From Euryarchaeota archaeon UBA443 (lineage in GTDB: Archaea > Thermoplasmatota > Poseidoniia > Poseidoniales > Poseidoniaceae), in the NCBI GenBank assembly GCA_002499195.1, contig DAKS01000039.1:11720-75719 (forward strand): DNA of 64,000 nt, in the 5' to 3' direction. This document shows, piece after piece, positions 28,523-37,751 of this stretch. Every line of letters starts with the position of its first letter. The first letter of the stretch is position 1. Made by a program: the position numbers and the translations under genes. The notes under the pieces are model-generated. The model was not told the origin of the DNA, ran no database searches, and was given only the letters and a program-made list of their open reading frames with translations.

Positions 28523-29317
28523 GTGGTCAATGATTTCGTTACATTTCAAGTGGCTGCTATTTGTGGCCTTATTGGAATGACGCTTGGATGGCGTGGCGTT
28601 ATGACCAAATATTCTGGATTCTATGACTTGCCAACCGCATGGAATCAAGTGTTTTGGGGTATTCTTCTCGGTGGAGCTTTCGCATCATATGCCGATAATT
28701 CCTTGTTTTTGCCATATTTTGAAGCCCAACTAACTGGAGAACGAACTGCCGAATTGAATCTCATACGCCTTATTCTGATTCCATTAATCGCAACTATTGG
28801 TATGCATTTTTTACTGCGGCGAAAGCGAGTCAGAAAGGGTGGTTCCCAAGCCACCAGCGGTTGGGCACTTGGCCTTGCAGTCGGCGGCATGTTAGCCATT
28901 GTATTGATCACAAGGAAGGTTCAGACGGGTATAGATGGTCCTATGGACGTACTTACCATATTGCTTATCGGTTTCTTTGCACCTCGTGTTGAAGCCATTA
29001 TCACGGCCTTCCATGGCACATTGATGTTGAGAAAAAAACGCTGGGGTGCTATATTCCGTGCAACCTTTTGGAGGGCTTCATCGCTTACGATGTTCTATTT
29101 TGCATGGTTCAGTCCACTAGCATGGGTTTTCATCATCCCTCCGATCCTCCTCGTACAAGATTCGGCTGAAAAATGGGTTTGGGATTCGGTTCCAAAAGAG
29201 GGAAGACGTCGTTGGAGAAGAATGCAGGCCGATAAAAAGCGTGAAAAGCAGGCATCTGCGAGGCTAATTGAGGCTCCACAGTCCATGATTCTTAACGCCG
29301 GAAATGCGGAAGAGTGA
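28523..29317 (+). CDS. Hypothetical polytopic membrane protein.
   Basis: A 264-aa ORF with about 6 predicted TM helices and a basic C-tail. No family recognised. Confidence 0.45.
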   Translation: MVNDFVTFQVAAICGLIGMTLGWRGVMTKYSGFYDLPTAWNQVFWGILLGGAFASYADNSLFLPYFEAQLTGERTAELNLIRLILIPLIATIGMHFLLRRKRVRKGGSQATSGWALGLAVGGMLAIVLITRKVQTGIDGPMDVLTILLIGFFAPRVEAIITAFHGTLMLRKKRWGAIFRATFWRASSLTMFYFAWFSPLAWVFIIPPILLVQDSAEKWVWDSVPKEGRRRWRRMQADKKREKQASARLIEAPQSMILNAGNAEE

Positions 29318-29402
29318 AATCGCGGCCTAAGACTACCTCTATCAATGGTTTGGTCGGTCATCTCACACAACCATTAAACCATGACTGTGAAACCAAGAGG
29401 GT

Positions 29403-30998
29403 ATGGGTTCCTGCCCGTATTGCAGTGCGACCACGCTGGATGGCGATACCATTTGCTATTCCTGTGGAAGGGTTTTGGCGAATAGTTCGATAATGGATAG
29501 CAGAATTCTTCTCCAAAAAGATCGGCATAACAACGTCAATGCGTACAGGATGACGGCTAAACCAAACCGTCGAGGTATCGTTCAAACCGATCGGGGACGA
29601 ACTAAAAACATCCTCAAAGGGCGAAAGAATCGTTTTCGAAGCATCATCATGCTAGGATTGGTTGCGTTCATTATGCTCTCTCCACAAGCCAGAGAAATGA
29701 CCATAGGAAAGATTTCTGAAGTCAAAGATTTCATTATGAATCCAACGTCAGGTTACTTGGTCTATGACATCGAAGCTGATTATACATTAAATCGAATTGT
29801 GACATTTGAAAATAAGGATAACGATATGACCGAATATTTCAATGAATCACTACCTATATCTCCCGATGTGTACGCCCTAGAAAATAGTAATTCGATGTAT
29901 ACATACACAGATGGAACACAAGATCTTCCGAATCAAAAGATACAGGATGTTACAGCAATAGAGTTGAGAATTGATGGCCAATCAATCAATATACCACTTG
30001 AAAATTCTGCAATAAAGTCACACTCTGAAGCAATTGTCACACCTGGAGGTCACAAGGTATGGTGGCCTGGAACCTCAGGCACTGGTAACCAATATTGCAT
30101 TGGAGGACCATGTGTGAAGGTTAACGTAAATTTAGGTCCAAGTCAAATCCTAACTTTCGAATATCTAGTGACGATCAGTACCAATTCCTATACCTGGTGG
30201 TCCGACGTTAACGATGTTGACCCCCGTATCCCTGGTTATTCTTCAGGAATGTTAGAGCAAAATAGCGGTACCTTTGATGACTTACAGGATCGTGGTGGAG
30301 GGGATCGTACCGATGATTTTACTGATCTCCGATGGTACGACAAGAACCGCCCTGATCACGCCATCGATGCAACAGCGGCTAATGTCATTGCAGCGGTTTC
30401 AGCCATTGATTCAAATTTGCCTGATGGAAATCAAAACGCATTCACATTTGCTCGTGCAGCATTTGAGTACATCAAGGACAATATCGTGTACTATACTTGC
30501 CCACCAGGAGACCCCAGTTGTGCTGGTCAGCCAGCTCTTAGCGGTCCGGCCTGTCTAGCCGCAGGACAAGGTGATTGCGATGAACAAACAAATGCATTCT
30601 TGAGTTTATTGAGAGCAAAGGGAATCCCAGGATGGTACGTATTTGGAATCTTATCAAGTAAGTCCTACACAAAGTGGGAGGCTCACGCATGGGGTTACAT
30701 TCAATTGCCTATGTCTACGGATTGGTGCAATGAGAACAATGTTGAATTGGATAGTTGCTACATTGAAGGATCTGTCGATGTAACCAACAACAAATGGTTG
30801 CTTCATACTGCATCAGCACTCATTGATTGGGTTGAACAACCAGATCCTAACGGTGATGGAACCTACATCAATGCGTACTACCGACCGCTCTCCTATTCGG
30901 ATAAGGACAATGATTTTGAACGAATTAAACGTGATCGGGTTTTCGCTTTGGAAGGGCCTGTTAGTTATGGTGGCGGTAAGTTCCCTGTCTATAGTTGA
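29403..30998 (+). CDS. Transglutaminase-like cysteine-protease-domain protein with an N-terminal zinc ribbon and a TM anchor.
   Basis: CPYCSATTLDGDTICYSCG is a CxxC...CxxC ribbon; one TM follows. The TGase-like core reads GQGDCDEQTNAFLSLLRAKGIPGWYVFG ... WEAHAWGYIQL (Cys/His core). Confidence 0.65.
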   Translation: MGSCPYCSATTLDGDTICYSCGRVLANSSIMDSRILLQKDRHNNVNAYRMTAKPNRRGIVQTDRGRTKNILKGRKNRFRSIIMLGLVAFIMLSPQAREMTIGKISEVKDFIMNPTSGYLVYDIEADYTLNRIVTFENKDNDMTEYFNESLPISPDVYALENSNSMYTYTDGTQDLPNQKIQDVTAIELRIDGQSINIPLENSAIKSHSEAIVTPGGHKVWWPGTSGTGNQYCIGGPCVKVNVNLGPSQILTFEYLVTISTNSYTWWSDVNDVDPRIPGYSSGMLEQNSGTFDDLQDRGGGDRTDDFTDLRWYDKNRPDHAIDATAANVIAAVSAIDSNLPDGNQNAFTFARAAFEYIKDNIVYYTCPPGDPSCAGQPALSGPACLAAGQGDCDEQTNAFLSLLRAKGIPGWYVFGILSSKSYTKWEAHAWGYIQLPMSTDWCNENNVELDSCYIEGSVDVTNNKWLLHTASALIDWVEQPDPNGDGTYINAYYRPLSYSDKDNDFERIKRDRVFALEGPVSYGGGKFPVYS

Positions 30999-31009
30999 GG
31001 TGATGAAGA

Positions 31010-32431
31010 ATGCGTGTTATTATTGGGGGGGCCGGGCGAGTTGGTTCAGAATTGGCTCGGGCAATGCGAGCTGAAACCATGGATGTTGTTTTGATCGATA
31101 GTGATTCAAGAGCGGTCAAGAATGCACAATCACTCGATGCTCTGGTCATTCATGGGGATATTACCTCGCGAGAATCATTGCAAGAAGCTGGAATCGGCGA
31201 TGCTACTGTATTTGTTGCTGTAACCGATTCAGATGATCGAAATTTGATTGCTTGCGCCTTAGCAGAGGATGAATTCAAGCGAAAGAATGGAGTTTCTATC
31301 AAGCATAATCTACTTTCAATCGGACGATTTCGTAATCGAGAATACGTCGATGAACACGAACAAGGACATCTGTCACGTTGGGCTGCAGTAGATTATGCAA
31401 TCGATCCAGTCGATGGAGCTATCCAACGATTGGCTACTGGTCTAAGGTCCTCAGCAATCGAAGAAGTCATTCCATTCGGACATGAAGCATATATCATCGA
31501 ATTGAACGTTACAAAGGATGCTGAACAGGTCATATACCAAACATTGGCGGAAGCGAGTCTAGGAATTGAAGGTGGATTACCCCTCATCGTTGGTGTGAAG
31601 CGAGATGGTGAGCCTAGCACTGTTCCAAGCAAAGATTTCACTTTAATGCCAAAAGACCGAATTGCTGTAGCGACTAGCGGACTAGGTTCTTTTAGTCGAA
31701 TTTTGACTGCATTTGGTCATGAATCCATCGATTTTCCTGCACAACCTCGAGTTGCGATTATTGGAGCGACCATCGTTGGAAAGAGAATCGCTGAGAATTG
31801 GCTTCGTAACGGTGCTTACGTAACTGTTATTGAGCGAAATCTGAACATTGCTAATGACCTTTCAGGTTCAGATATTGGCGCTCATGCGAATTTGGATGTC
31901 ATCCACGGGGATTTCCTTGATCGGAACATCCTTACTGAAATCGGAATCAAAGAACATCATATTGCTATTGCAGCTCTTGAAGACGACCACATCTCCATTG
32001 CAGCTGCACTCCTTGCAAGCGATATGGGCGTCACCAGAACAGGACTCATTCTCCAGGATTCCGATCTCGTAACCGTTACACAACGAATGGGAATTACATT
32101 TGCAGTTGATATCAAGCGAGTTGCAGTTGACAACATACTTGCACACATTCACACAAAGGCCTCTGGTGCTTATGCAATTCTTTCCAATATCCCTGATGTA
32201 GTCGGCATTAGCCAAACTGTATCGAAGGATTCCAAGTTTGCTGGTAAGAAGATTGGAAATTCCGGTTTGCCGGATTGGTCTAGAATCGCTTTCATTCAAC
32301 GTCGAAATACTGCAGGCTTTTGGGAGACACTTCGGCCTGCTCGGGAGAAAACAATCGTTGAGGGCGACCGTCTCATATTGTTTTGTCGACCAGATCGGGT
32401 CGCAGATCTTGAGAAACGATTCAAGGTGTGA
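31010..32431 (+). CDS. trkA: TrkA K+ uptake regulatory subunit (tandem RCK/NAD-binding domains).
   Basis: VIIGGAGRVG Rossmann motif at the N-terminus and a second RCK_N (VAIIGATIVGKRIA), each followed by an RCK_C. Confidence 0.85.
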   Translation: MRVIIGGAGRVGSELARAMRAETMDVVLIDSDSRAVKNAQSLDALVIHGDITSRESLQEAGIGDATVFVAVTDSDDRNLIACALAEDEFKRKNGVSIKHNLLSIGRFRNREYVDEHEQGHLSRWAAVDYAIDPVDGAIQRLATGLRSSAIEEVIPFGHEAYIIELNVTKDAEQVIYQTLAEASLGIEGGLPLIVGVKRDGEPSTVPSKDFTLMPKDRIAVATSGLGSFSRILTAFGHESIDFPAQPRVAIIGATIVGKRIAENWLRNGAYVTVIERNLNIANDLSGSDIGAHANLDVIHGDFLDRNILTEIGIKEHHIAIAALEDDHISIAAALLASDMGVTRTGLILQDSDLVTVTQRMGITFAVDIKRVAVDNILAHIHTKASGAYAILSNIPDVVGISQTVSKDSKFAGKKIGNSGLPDWSRIAFIQRRNTAGFWETLRPAREKTIVEGDRLILFCRPDRVADLEKRFKV

Positions 32432-34074
32432 TCATGCGGTTTGATGTTCTAAATCTCATTCTTGGCTGGACACTTGTCGCCTTGACAATACCTCTCCTAT
32501 TGTGTATTGTTGCGACAGGATTCCTCGATAATTGGGAGCTTGCATTGCGAGCCTTCTCGATTCCTGCGGGTCTTTCCTTGTTCATAGGATCCATGATGTT
32601 GAGATTCGGTACGAAACGAAATACCCACATGCGTCTACGGGACAGAGAAGCCTTTGCAGCAGTCGCATTGGTTTGGCCTCTTGCAGTCTTTATTGGTGCC
32701 CTTCCATACTGGCTTGGAGGTATGTTTCATGGCCCATTCACCGATGGTTCAACATTCGCTGATATTGCCAGAGGTGCTGTGAATTCATGGTTTGAATCCA
32801 TGTCAGGATTTTCAACCACCGGTGCTACCGTAATTTCAACCTCGATGAGTCCAAATTGCTTACCAGGAATGGACTGTATCAACTCTCAGCCACGAGGTCT
32901 CCTGTTTTGGAGATCGCTCACACAATGGTTTGGAGGTATGGGAATTATCATGTTAGGAATGATGATTCTATCTCGTGTTATCGGTGGTGGAATGGCTCTC
33001 GCTCGTGCTGAATTAACCGGTCCTTCACTCTCTCGAATCAAGCCAAAACTTCAGGAGACTGCCCTAGCTCTTTGGGGTCTATATCTTGCGCTAACACTTC
33101 TAGAATTTGGATTGTTGATAACCATTGGTGGCATGGACATGTTTGATTCTATAAATCACGCATTGACGACGATGCCGACGGGAGGTTTCTCAACCTATGA
33201 TGCAAGTATTGGACACTTTGAATCATACACTATCGAATTGATCATTATCCTCTTCATGTTTATTGGTGGAATAAATTTCACCCTACTGTGGTTCATACGA
33301 GAAGGACAATTTCGTAAAGCAACCCAAGATGAGGAATTCAAAAATTACATCGTTTATATCTTAACGACATTCTTGTTCATCACCATCGCTTTGTTAGCAA
33401 CACGTGATTATACTACCGTGGATTCATTCATCGATTCTCTATTCCAGGTTGTTTCTATAGGAACCTCAACAGGTTACACATCAACAGATTACATGCAATG
33501 GCCGGTAGTAACACATTTGTTCCTCTTTGTTCTAATGATTGTTGGTGCTTCAGCAGGTAGTACGAGTGGAGGATTGAAACTGTTGAGAATTAACCTCGCA
33601 TTCAAAGTCGCTATGCGAGAGTTGGTGCGAATCGCTCAGCCTCGTAAAGTACAAACAATTCGAATGAATGGTGAAGTCGTTGGTAATCAACAATTAGGCC
33701 TTATCGTTGGGATGTTGTTTGTATGGATTGGTCTCTTTGCCATATCTTCGATTTTGCTTGCATTCATAGTTCCAGGTGAAAATTTTGAATCTATTTTGGC
33801 TCTTGTAGCCTCTAGCCTTGGAAATACTGGACCGACCATTGGTAATTACGGGCCAACTGAAACATGGGCTGGTCTAAATTCTGGGGCGCTCTTGCTAACT
33901 TCAATTCTGATGTGGTTTGGACGTCTTGAATTGTTGACTGCTGTCATTTTATTGCACCCACATACGTGGCGTTCTGAATCCAAAGACCAAGCGCCAAGAG
34001 GTGCACTTGCCCGATTGAAGAGAATGATTTCTCGAGAACCTCATGAAGAATCAGAACAGGGTCCTTTGGGCTGA
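32428..34074 (+). CDS. trkH: TrkH/KtrB-family K+ transporter membrane subunit.
   Basis: A 548-aa polytopic protein with repeated M-P-M pore motifs (GFSTTG, GTSTGYT). The start overlaps the trkA stop (GTGA). Confidence 0.85.
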   Translation: MIMRFDVLNLILGWTLVALTIPLLLCIVATGFLDNWELALRAFSIPAGLSLFIGSMMLRFGTKRNTHMRLRDREAFAAVALVWPLAVFIGALPYWLGGMFHGPFTDGSTFADIARGAVNSWFESMSGFSTTGATVISTSMSPNCLPGMDCINSQPRGLLFWRSLTQWFGGMGIIMLGMMILSRVIGGGMALARAELTGPSLSRIKPKLQETALALWGLYLALTLLEFGLLITIGGMDMFDSINHALTTMPTGGFSTYDASIGHFESYTIELIIILFMFIGGINFTLLWFIREGQFRKATQDEEFKNYIVYILTTFLFITIALLATRDYTTVDSFIDSLFQVVSIGTSTGYTSTDYMQWPVVTHLFLFVLMIVGASAGSTSGGLKLLRINLAFKVAMRELVRIAQPRKVQTIRMNGEVVGNQQLGLIVGMLFVWIGLFAISSILLAFIVPGENFESILALVASSLGNTGPTIGNYGPTETWAGLNSGALLLTSILMWFGRLELLTAVILLHPHTWRSESKDQAPRGALARLKRMISREPHEESEQGPLG

Positions 34075-35565
34075 ATCACGTTTTGGTTCTGACTCAGGAT
34101 CAGGTTCGATTACAGTTTCTTCATGCAATACTTCCAAAACGGAATCAATAACAGGATCTTTCCATTTCTCTTCCGCCTGTTCATAGGCTTGAATCAAGGC
34201 TTTCGTCGATTTTCGTGAAACTGGTAAATTACAAAGAGCAACATGTTCATCAGCACTCAGACCAAGTGCAAGTGAAATTTCAAACCGATTAGGATCACCA
34301 AACACAGGATTTTCTTGATGAAGAACACTCAATAAAGGCATAAATTCACGTCGAACGGTTGAACGACTCGTCTTTGATACATCAGCAAGATGATCAATGA
34401 TTGCAGGTCGAGCCCATGAACCTGAACGTCTCAAATAATTTGGATAACTTGTATAGATTCGATTCGGAAGAGTCGCTCCATTAGCTACACTTGCTGATAA
34501 AGAGGACAAATGCAGCGTCCAATATGATGAATGATGTGCTAGGTTACGATATCGACTCTCAACTGAGCGATCAGCGAGAAGTAGGGTCTTTGCGGCTCGA
34601 CGCATCGCAACCACATCGAACAAGGAAGAGTTGTTCCAATGAACCCAATTCATCAAGTCAGAAGGCTGTTTATCGATGCTACGACCTATTGCAACTGCGT
34701 CTGTAGCAAAGTCTGCTCTGTAAAGAGACTCCATACCTGGAAAAACCTCGGTGGTCATATCGCGAACACCTGCCTCAAGATGTTGGCTTACCAACTCAGG
34801 AACTAACTTCTCGATACCGCCTGAGGCTAGGACCTGCAAATCACGAACCAATGCTCGAAGATCGCCATGATTTCCATCGACAAGAACATCGATTGCTTCG
34901 TTTGTGTAATCGATTGCTTCCTCTCGAAGTACACGTCTGGCAATTCGCCTCAAAGCTTCATCGGAAACGCGTTCAAATGTCACCGTAATCAAATGTCGAC
35001 TAAATCGATCCTTTGTATTGCGCCAAGTGGATGAACGACCCCAAAGCCCCATGATGTCATTGCATGCAAGAATGACCGGTTGTTTGGTGGCCTCTAGAAG
35101 CCTCAGTAATTCTGCTTTACCACCAGAATCTCCAGAAAGTGTTGTCGCTTCATCACCTTCTATTCCTTTCCTTATACGGTCTTCACTTACCGCTCGAAGC
35201 CCACCACCGATGTGATCTACTTCATCCAACAAAATCAATGTCCGTTGTTGTGGTTTTGTCGGATCATGAAACAGGGACCTGTGTGTTGAGGACTGAGTTG
35301 CTGCTTTGCGAATAGCAACAGCATTTCGGGTATCGCTTGCATTGAGTTCAATAACGGTCCAACCCATATCTTGAGCAATCGCACGTGCAACAGTGGTCTT
35401 TCCAACACCGGGTGGACCGACGAGAAGGATTCCTTTTTTCTTGGGTTGGCCATTGACCCATCCGTCCAACCATTCGCGGATTTTACGACGTTGAATTTCG
35501 TTACCCTCGAGTTGATGCTCGGACGTTGGACGATGCCGCTCAGTCCAATCTGAAGCACCGCTCAT
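34051..35565 (-). CDS. rfcL: Replication factor C large subunit.
   Basis: An N-terminal RFC box (WTERHRP...), AAA+ Walker A (LLVGPPGVGKTT), DEVD Walker B and a long C-terminal region. Length is 504 aa. Confidence 0.8.
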   Translation of the reverse strand: MSGASDWTERHRPTSEHQLEGNEIQRRKIREWLDGWVNGQPKKKGILLVGPPGVGKTTVARAIAQDMGWTVIELNASDTRNAVAIRKAATQSSTHRSLFHDPTKPQQRTLILLDEVDHIGGGLRAVSEDRIRKGIEGDEATTLSGDSGGKAELLRLLEATKQPVILACNDIMGLWGRSSTWRNTKDRFSRHLITVTFERVSDEALRRIARRVLREEAIDYTNEAIDVLVDGNHGDLRALVRDLQVLASGGIEKLVPELVSQHLEAGVRDMTTEVFPGMESLYRADFATDAVAIGRSIDKQPSDLMNWVHWNNSSLFDVVAMRRAAKTLLLADRSVESRYRNLAHHSSYWTLHLSSLSASVANGATLPNRIYTSYPNYLRRSGSWARPAIIDHLADVSKTSRSTVRREFMPLLSVLHQENPVFGDPNRFEISLALGLSADEHVALCNLPVSRKSTKALIQAYEQAEEKWKDPVIDSVLEVLHEETVIEPDPESEPKRDSAQRTLF

Positions 35566-35607
35566 AATTTCACATATTCACGACGGTTCTTGAAGATGTT
35601 TCTTCAA

Positions 35608-37275
35608 TCAAAGGAAGGGTAGTTCATCCATAGAAATTCGCGTTTGCGAGCCATCATCACGATTTCTAATAGTGACTGTTCTATCTTCAACAGATTGATG
35701 ATCAACAGTAACACAAATCGGCACACCTACTTCATCAGCACGTGCGTAACGCTTTCCGATTGAACCACTTCCATCATAAAGTGATACAATACCTGCCTTT
35801 TGACAACATCGTTGATGTAATTCAAGAGCCAATTCATCCATACCGTCTTTCTCAAACAGTGGAAGGATTGCAACATCGATAGGTGCAATCGAATCGGCTA
35901 GTTTCAGCATACGATACGGTTCACCAGCCTTTTCAGTTTCTTCAAAGGCGTGATCGATGACATGCCAAAGGATTCTATCGATACCAAAGGCAGGTTCAAC
36001 AACATGAGGGATAAACCATTCACCAGTCTCTTTGACGGTTTTCTGAACACGCTTGACGTGTTCACTCTGAACTGTTACCACACGGCCATCAGAGAGAGTT
36101 ATATCGGCTGGAAATTCAACAGATGATTCAAACGATTCAACGATAGTTTTGACTTGTCCCGCATCTGCACGAAATGCTGGTCCTGCAACTCCTCCATCGA
36201 TGGTCCAACCATCGATTTCAACAATCTTAGGCTCCGAAAATTCTCTTCGAGCACGAAGTGTCTTTCCTGTGGCCTTTTCGTGAGCTTCAAGATCATAACA
36301 ACCTCGGTGGGCGATACCAACGCACTCGATCCACCCATACGAACCTTCGATCTCAGCATCCCAACAATCTGAAGCATAGTGTGCCATCTCATCAGCAGCA
36401 TGTTGGCGGAATCGTAGTCGTGATGAATCGATGCCAATACCAACCAGAAAATCATAGGTCTTACCCATGAAATAACCGACTGTAGCGTGACGAATTAATT
36501 CCTTTTCAACAGCCTGTGCAAGGGACATTGAATGTAGTGTTCCTTCACCATCAACGAGATTGAAAATCTTCGAGGACCATGAAGAGAAATCATGCTCCAG
36601 TGGTTCATTAGGATCGATAAAGTACTCCAATTCAGCCATGTTGAATTCACGTAATCTAATCATTCCTTGACGTGGCGAGATCTCATTTCTATACCCCTTT
36701 CCAACTTGAACTGCTCCGAAGGGAAGACGTTCCCTGAAGTGACGGTACAATGCAGGGAAGGAAGTAAACATCCCTTGTGCAGTTTCAGGACGCATAAAAC
36801 CTTCAGAACCCTGGCCTATAGTCGTTGAAAACATCAAATTTTGTGCAATAATTTCACTCCAATCTCGTGAAGAGCATGATGGACATTCAGGATTTACTTC
36901 CTCCAGAAGTGATTGTAGTTCAGCCTTCGCAAGCGCATCCGGATTCGGATGATAGCCTTCCAAAAGCGTGTCAGCTCGACTAGCTTCATCGCACTGTCCA
37001 CACACCGTCATAAAGTCAGAAAATTCACCTACGTGCCCACTTGCTTCAAGAACTTCATACGGAGTAACTGTAGGACATGATATCTCAACCACATTTCCGA
37101 GGGAAAGCCAATGGTCGAGCCAAACTTGATTCAGTCGAGATCGAAGTCTGCCTCCTACCGGACCGAAATCATACAATCCCTTTGCACCACCGTACAAATC
37201 AAAAGCAGGAAGAATAATGCCGCGCTGACGCAACATTCCTTGCAACCGTTCTAGGCGTGCATCATCCTTGGACAA
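35608..37275 (-). CDS. glyS: Glycyl-tRNA synthetase (archaeal/eukaryotic alpha2 type).
   Basis: Class II core with insertion domains and an anticodon-binding C-terminal domain. Length is 555 aa. Confidence 0.88.
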   Translation of the reverse strand: MSKDDARLERLQGMLRQRGIILPAFDLYGGAKGLYDFGPVGGRLRSRLNQVWLDHWLSLGNVVEISCPTVTPYEVLEASGHVGEFSDFMTVCGQCDEASRADTLLEGYHPNPDALAKAELQSLLEEVNPECPSCSSRDWSEIIAQNLMFSTTIGQGSEGFMRPETAQGMFTSFPALYRHFRERLPFGAVQVGKGYRNEISPRQGMIRLREFNMAELEYFIDPNEPLEHDFSSWSSKIFNLVDGEGTLHSMSLAQAVEKELIRHATVGYFMGKTYDFLVGIGIDSSRLRFRQHAADEMAHYASDCWDAEIEGSYGWIECVGIAHRGCYDLEAHEKATGKTLRARREFSEPKIVEIDGWTIDGGVAGPAFRADAGQVKTIVESFESSVEFPADITLSDGRVVTVQSEHVKRVQKTVKETGEWFIPHVVEPAFGIDRILWHVIDHAFEETEKAGEPYRMLKLADSIAPIDVAILPLFEKDGMDELALELHQRCCQKAGIVSLYDGSGSIGKRYARADEVGVPICVTVDHQSVEDRTVTIRNRDDGSQTRISMDELPFL

Positions 37276-37370
37276 GAAATCCCCTCATCCTATGCTGATG
37301 GAGATGGCATTTCAACTTGACCACAGGATGAAAGGCTTGGATTCAAAAACCAGAGCACCTAGGGATTCCC

Positions 37371-37685
37371 ATGGGACAATCCATGGTGGCCATAACTGAA
37401 GCGGATTGTACCGGTTGTGATTTGTGCATACCTCACTGTCCTTTTGAGGCCCTACTACCACTCGCAACAAACCCTCATGGTCGTGATCACAAGAAACGCC
37501 CAGTTGTGGTACTTACCACGCAATGTGTTGGTTGTCTTTCTTGCATAGGTTCTTGTCCAACCAAGGCACTTCATGAAATTCTTATGCCACCAATTTCAAA
37601 CACATCCCCTCTCCTCATATCAAGTGAGGAACCAGATACTGAAACCGTTCCACGATGGGGAAAGAAAGGTCTCGGTTGGGCCTAA
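37371..37685 (+). CDS. 2x[4Fe-4S] ferredoxin-domain protein.
   Basis: Two CxxCxxCxxxCP clusters are present (CTGCDLCIPHCP and CVGCLSCIGSCP). Confidence 0.7.
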   Translation: MGQSMVAITEADCTGCDLCIPHCPFEALLPLATNPHGRDHKKRPVVVLTTQCVGCLSCIGSCPTKALHEILMPPISNTSPLLISSEEPDTETVPRWGKKGLGWA

Positions 37686-37751
37686 GGTAAAAACGAAACA
37701 CTCATATGTGTCATACCTTGCCTCCACACCACTGAGATTGGTGAAAAAAAA

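Noticed and set aside
34491-35558. ORFs 34491..34706 (+), 35018..35215 (+), 35235..35558 (-) and 35371..35553 (+) overlapping rfcL.
   Set aside because: They lie inside or antisense to the RFC large-subunit CDS and have no motifs.
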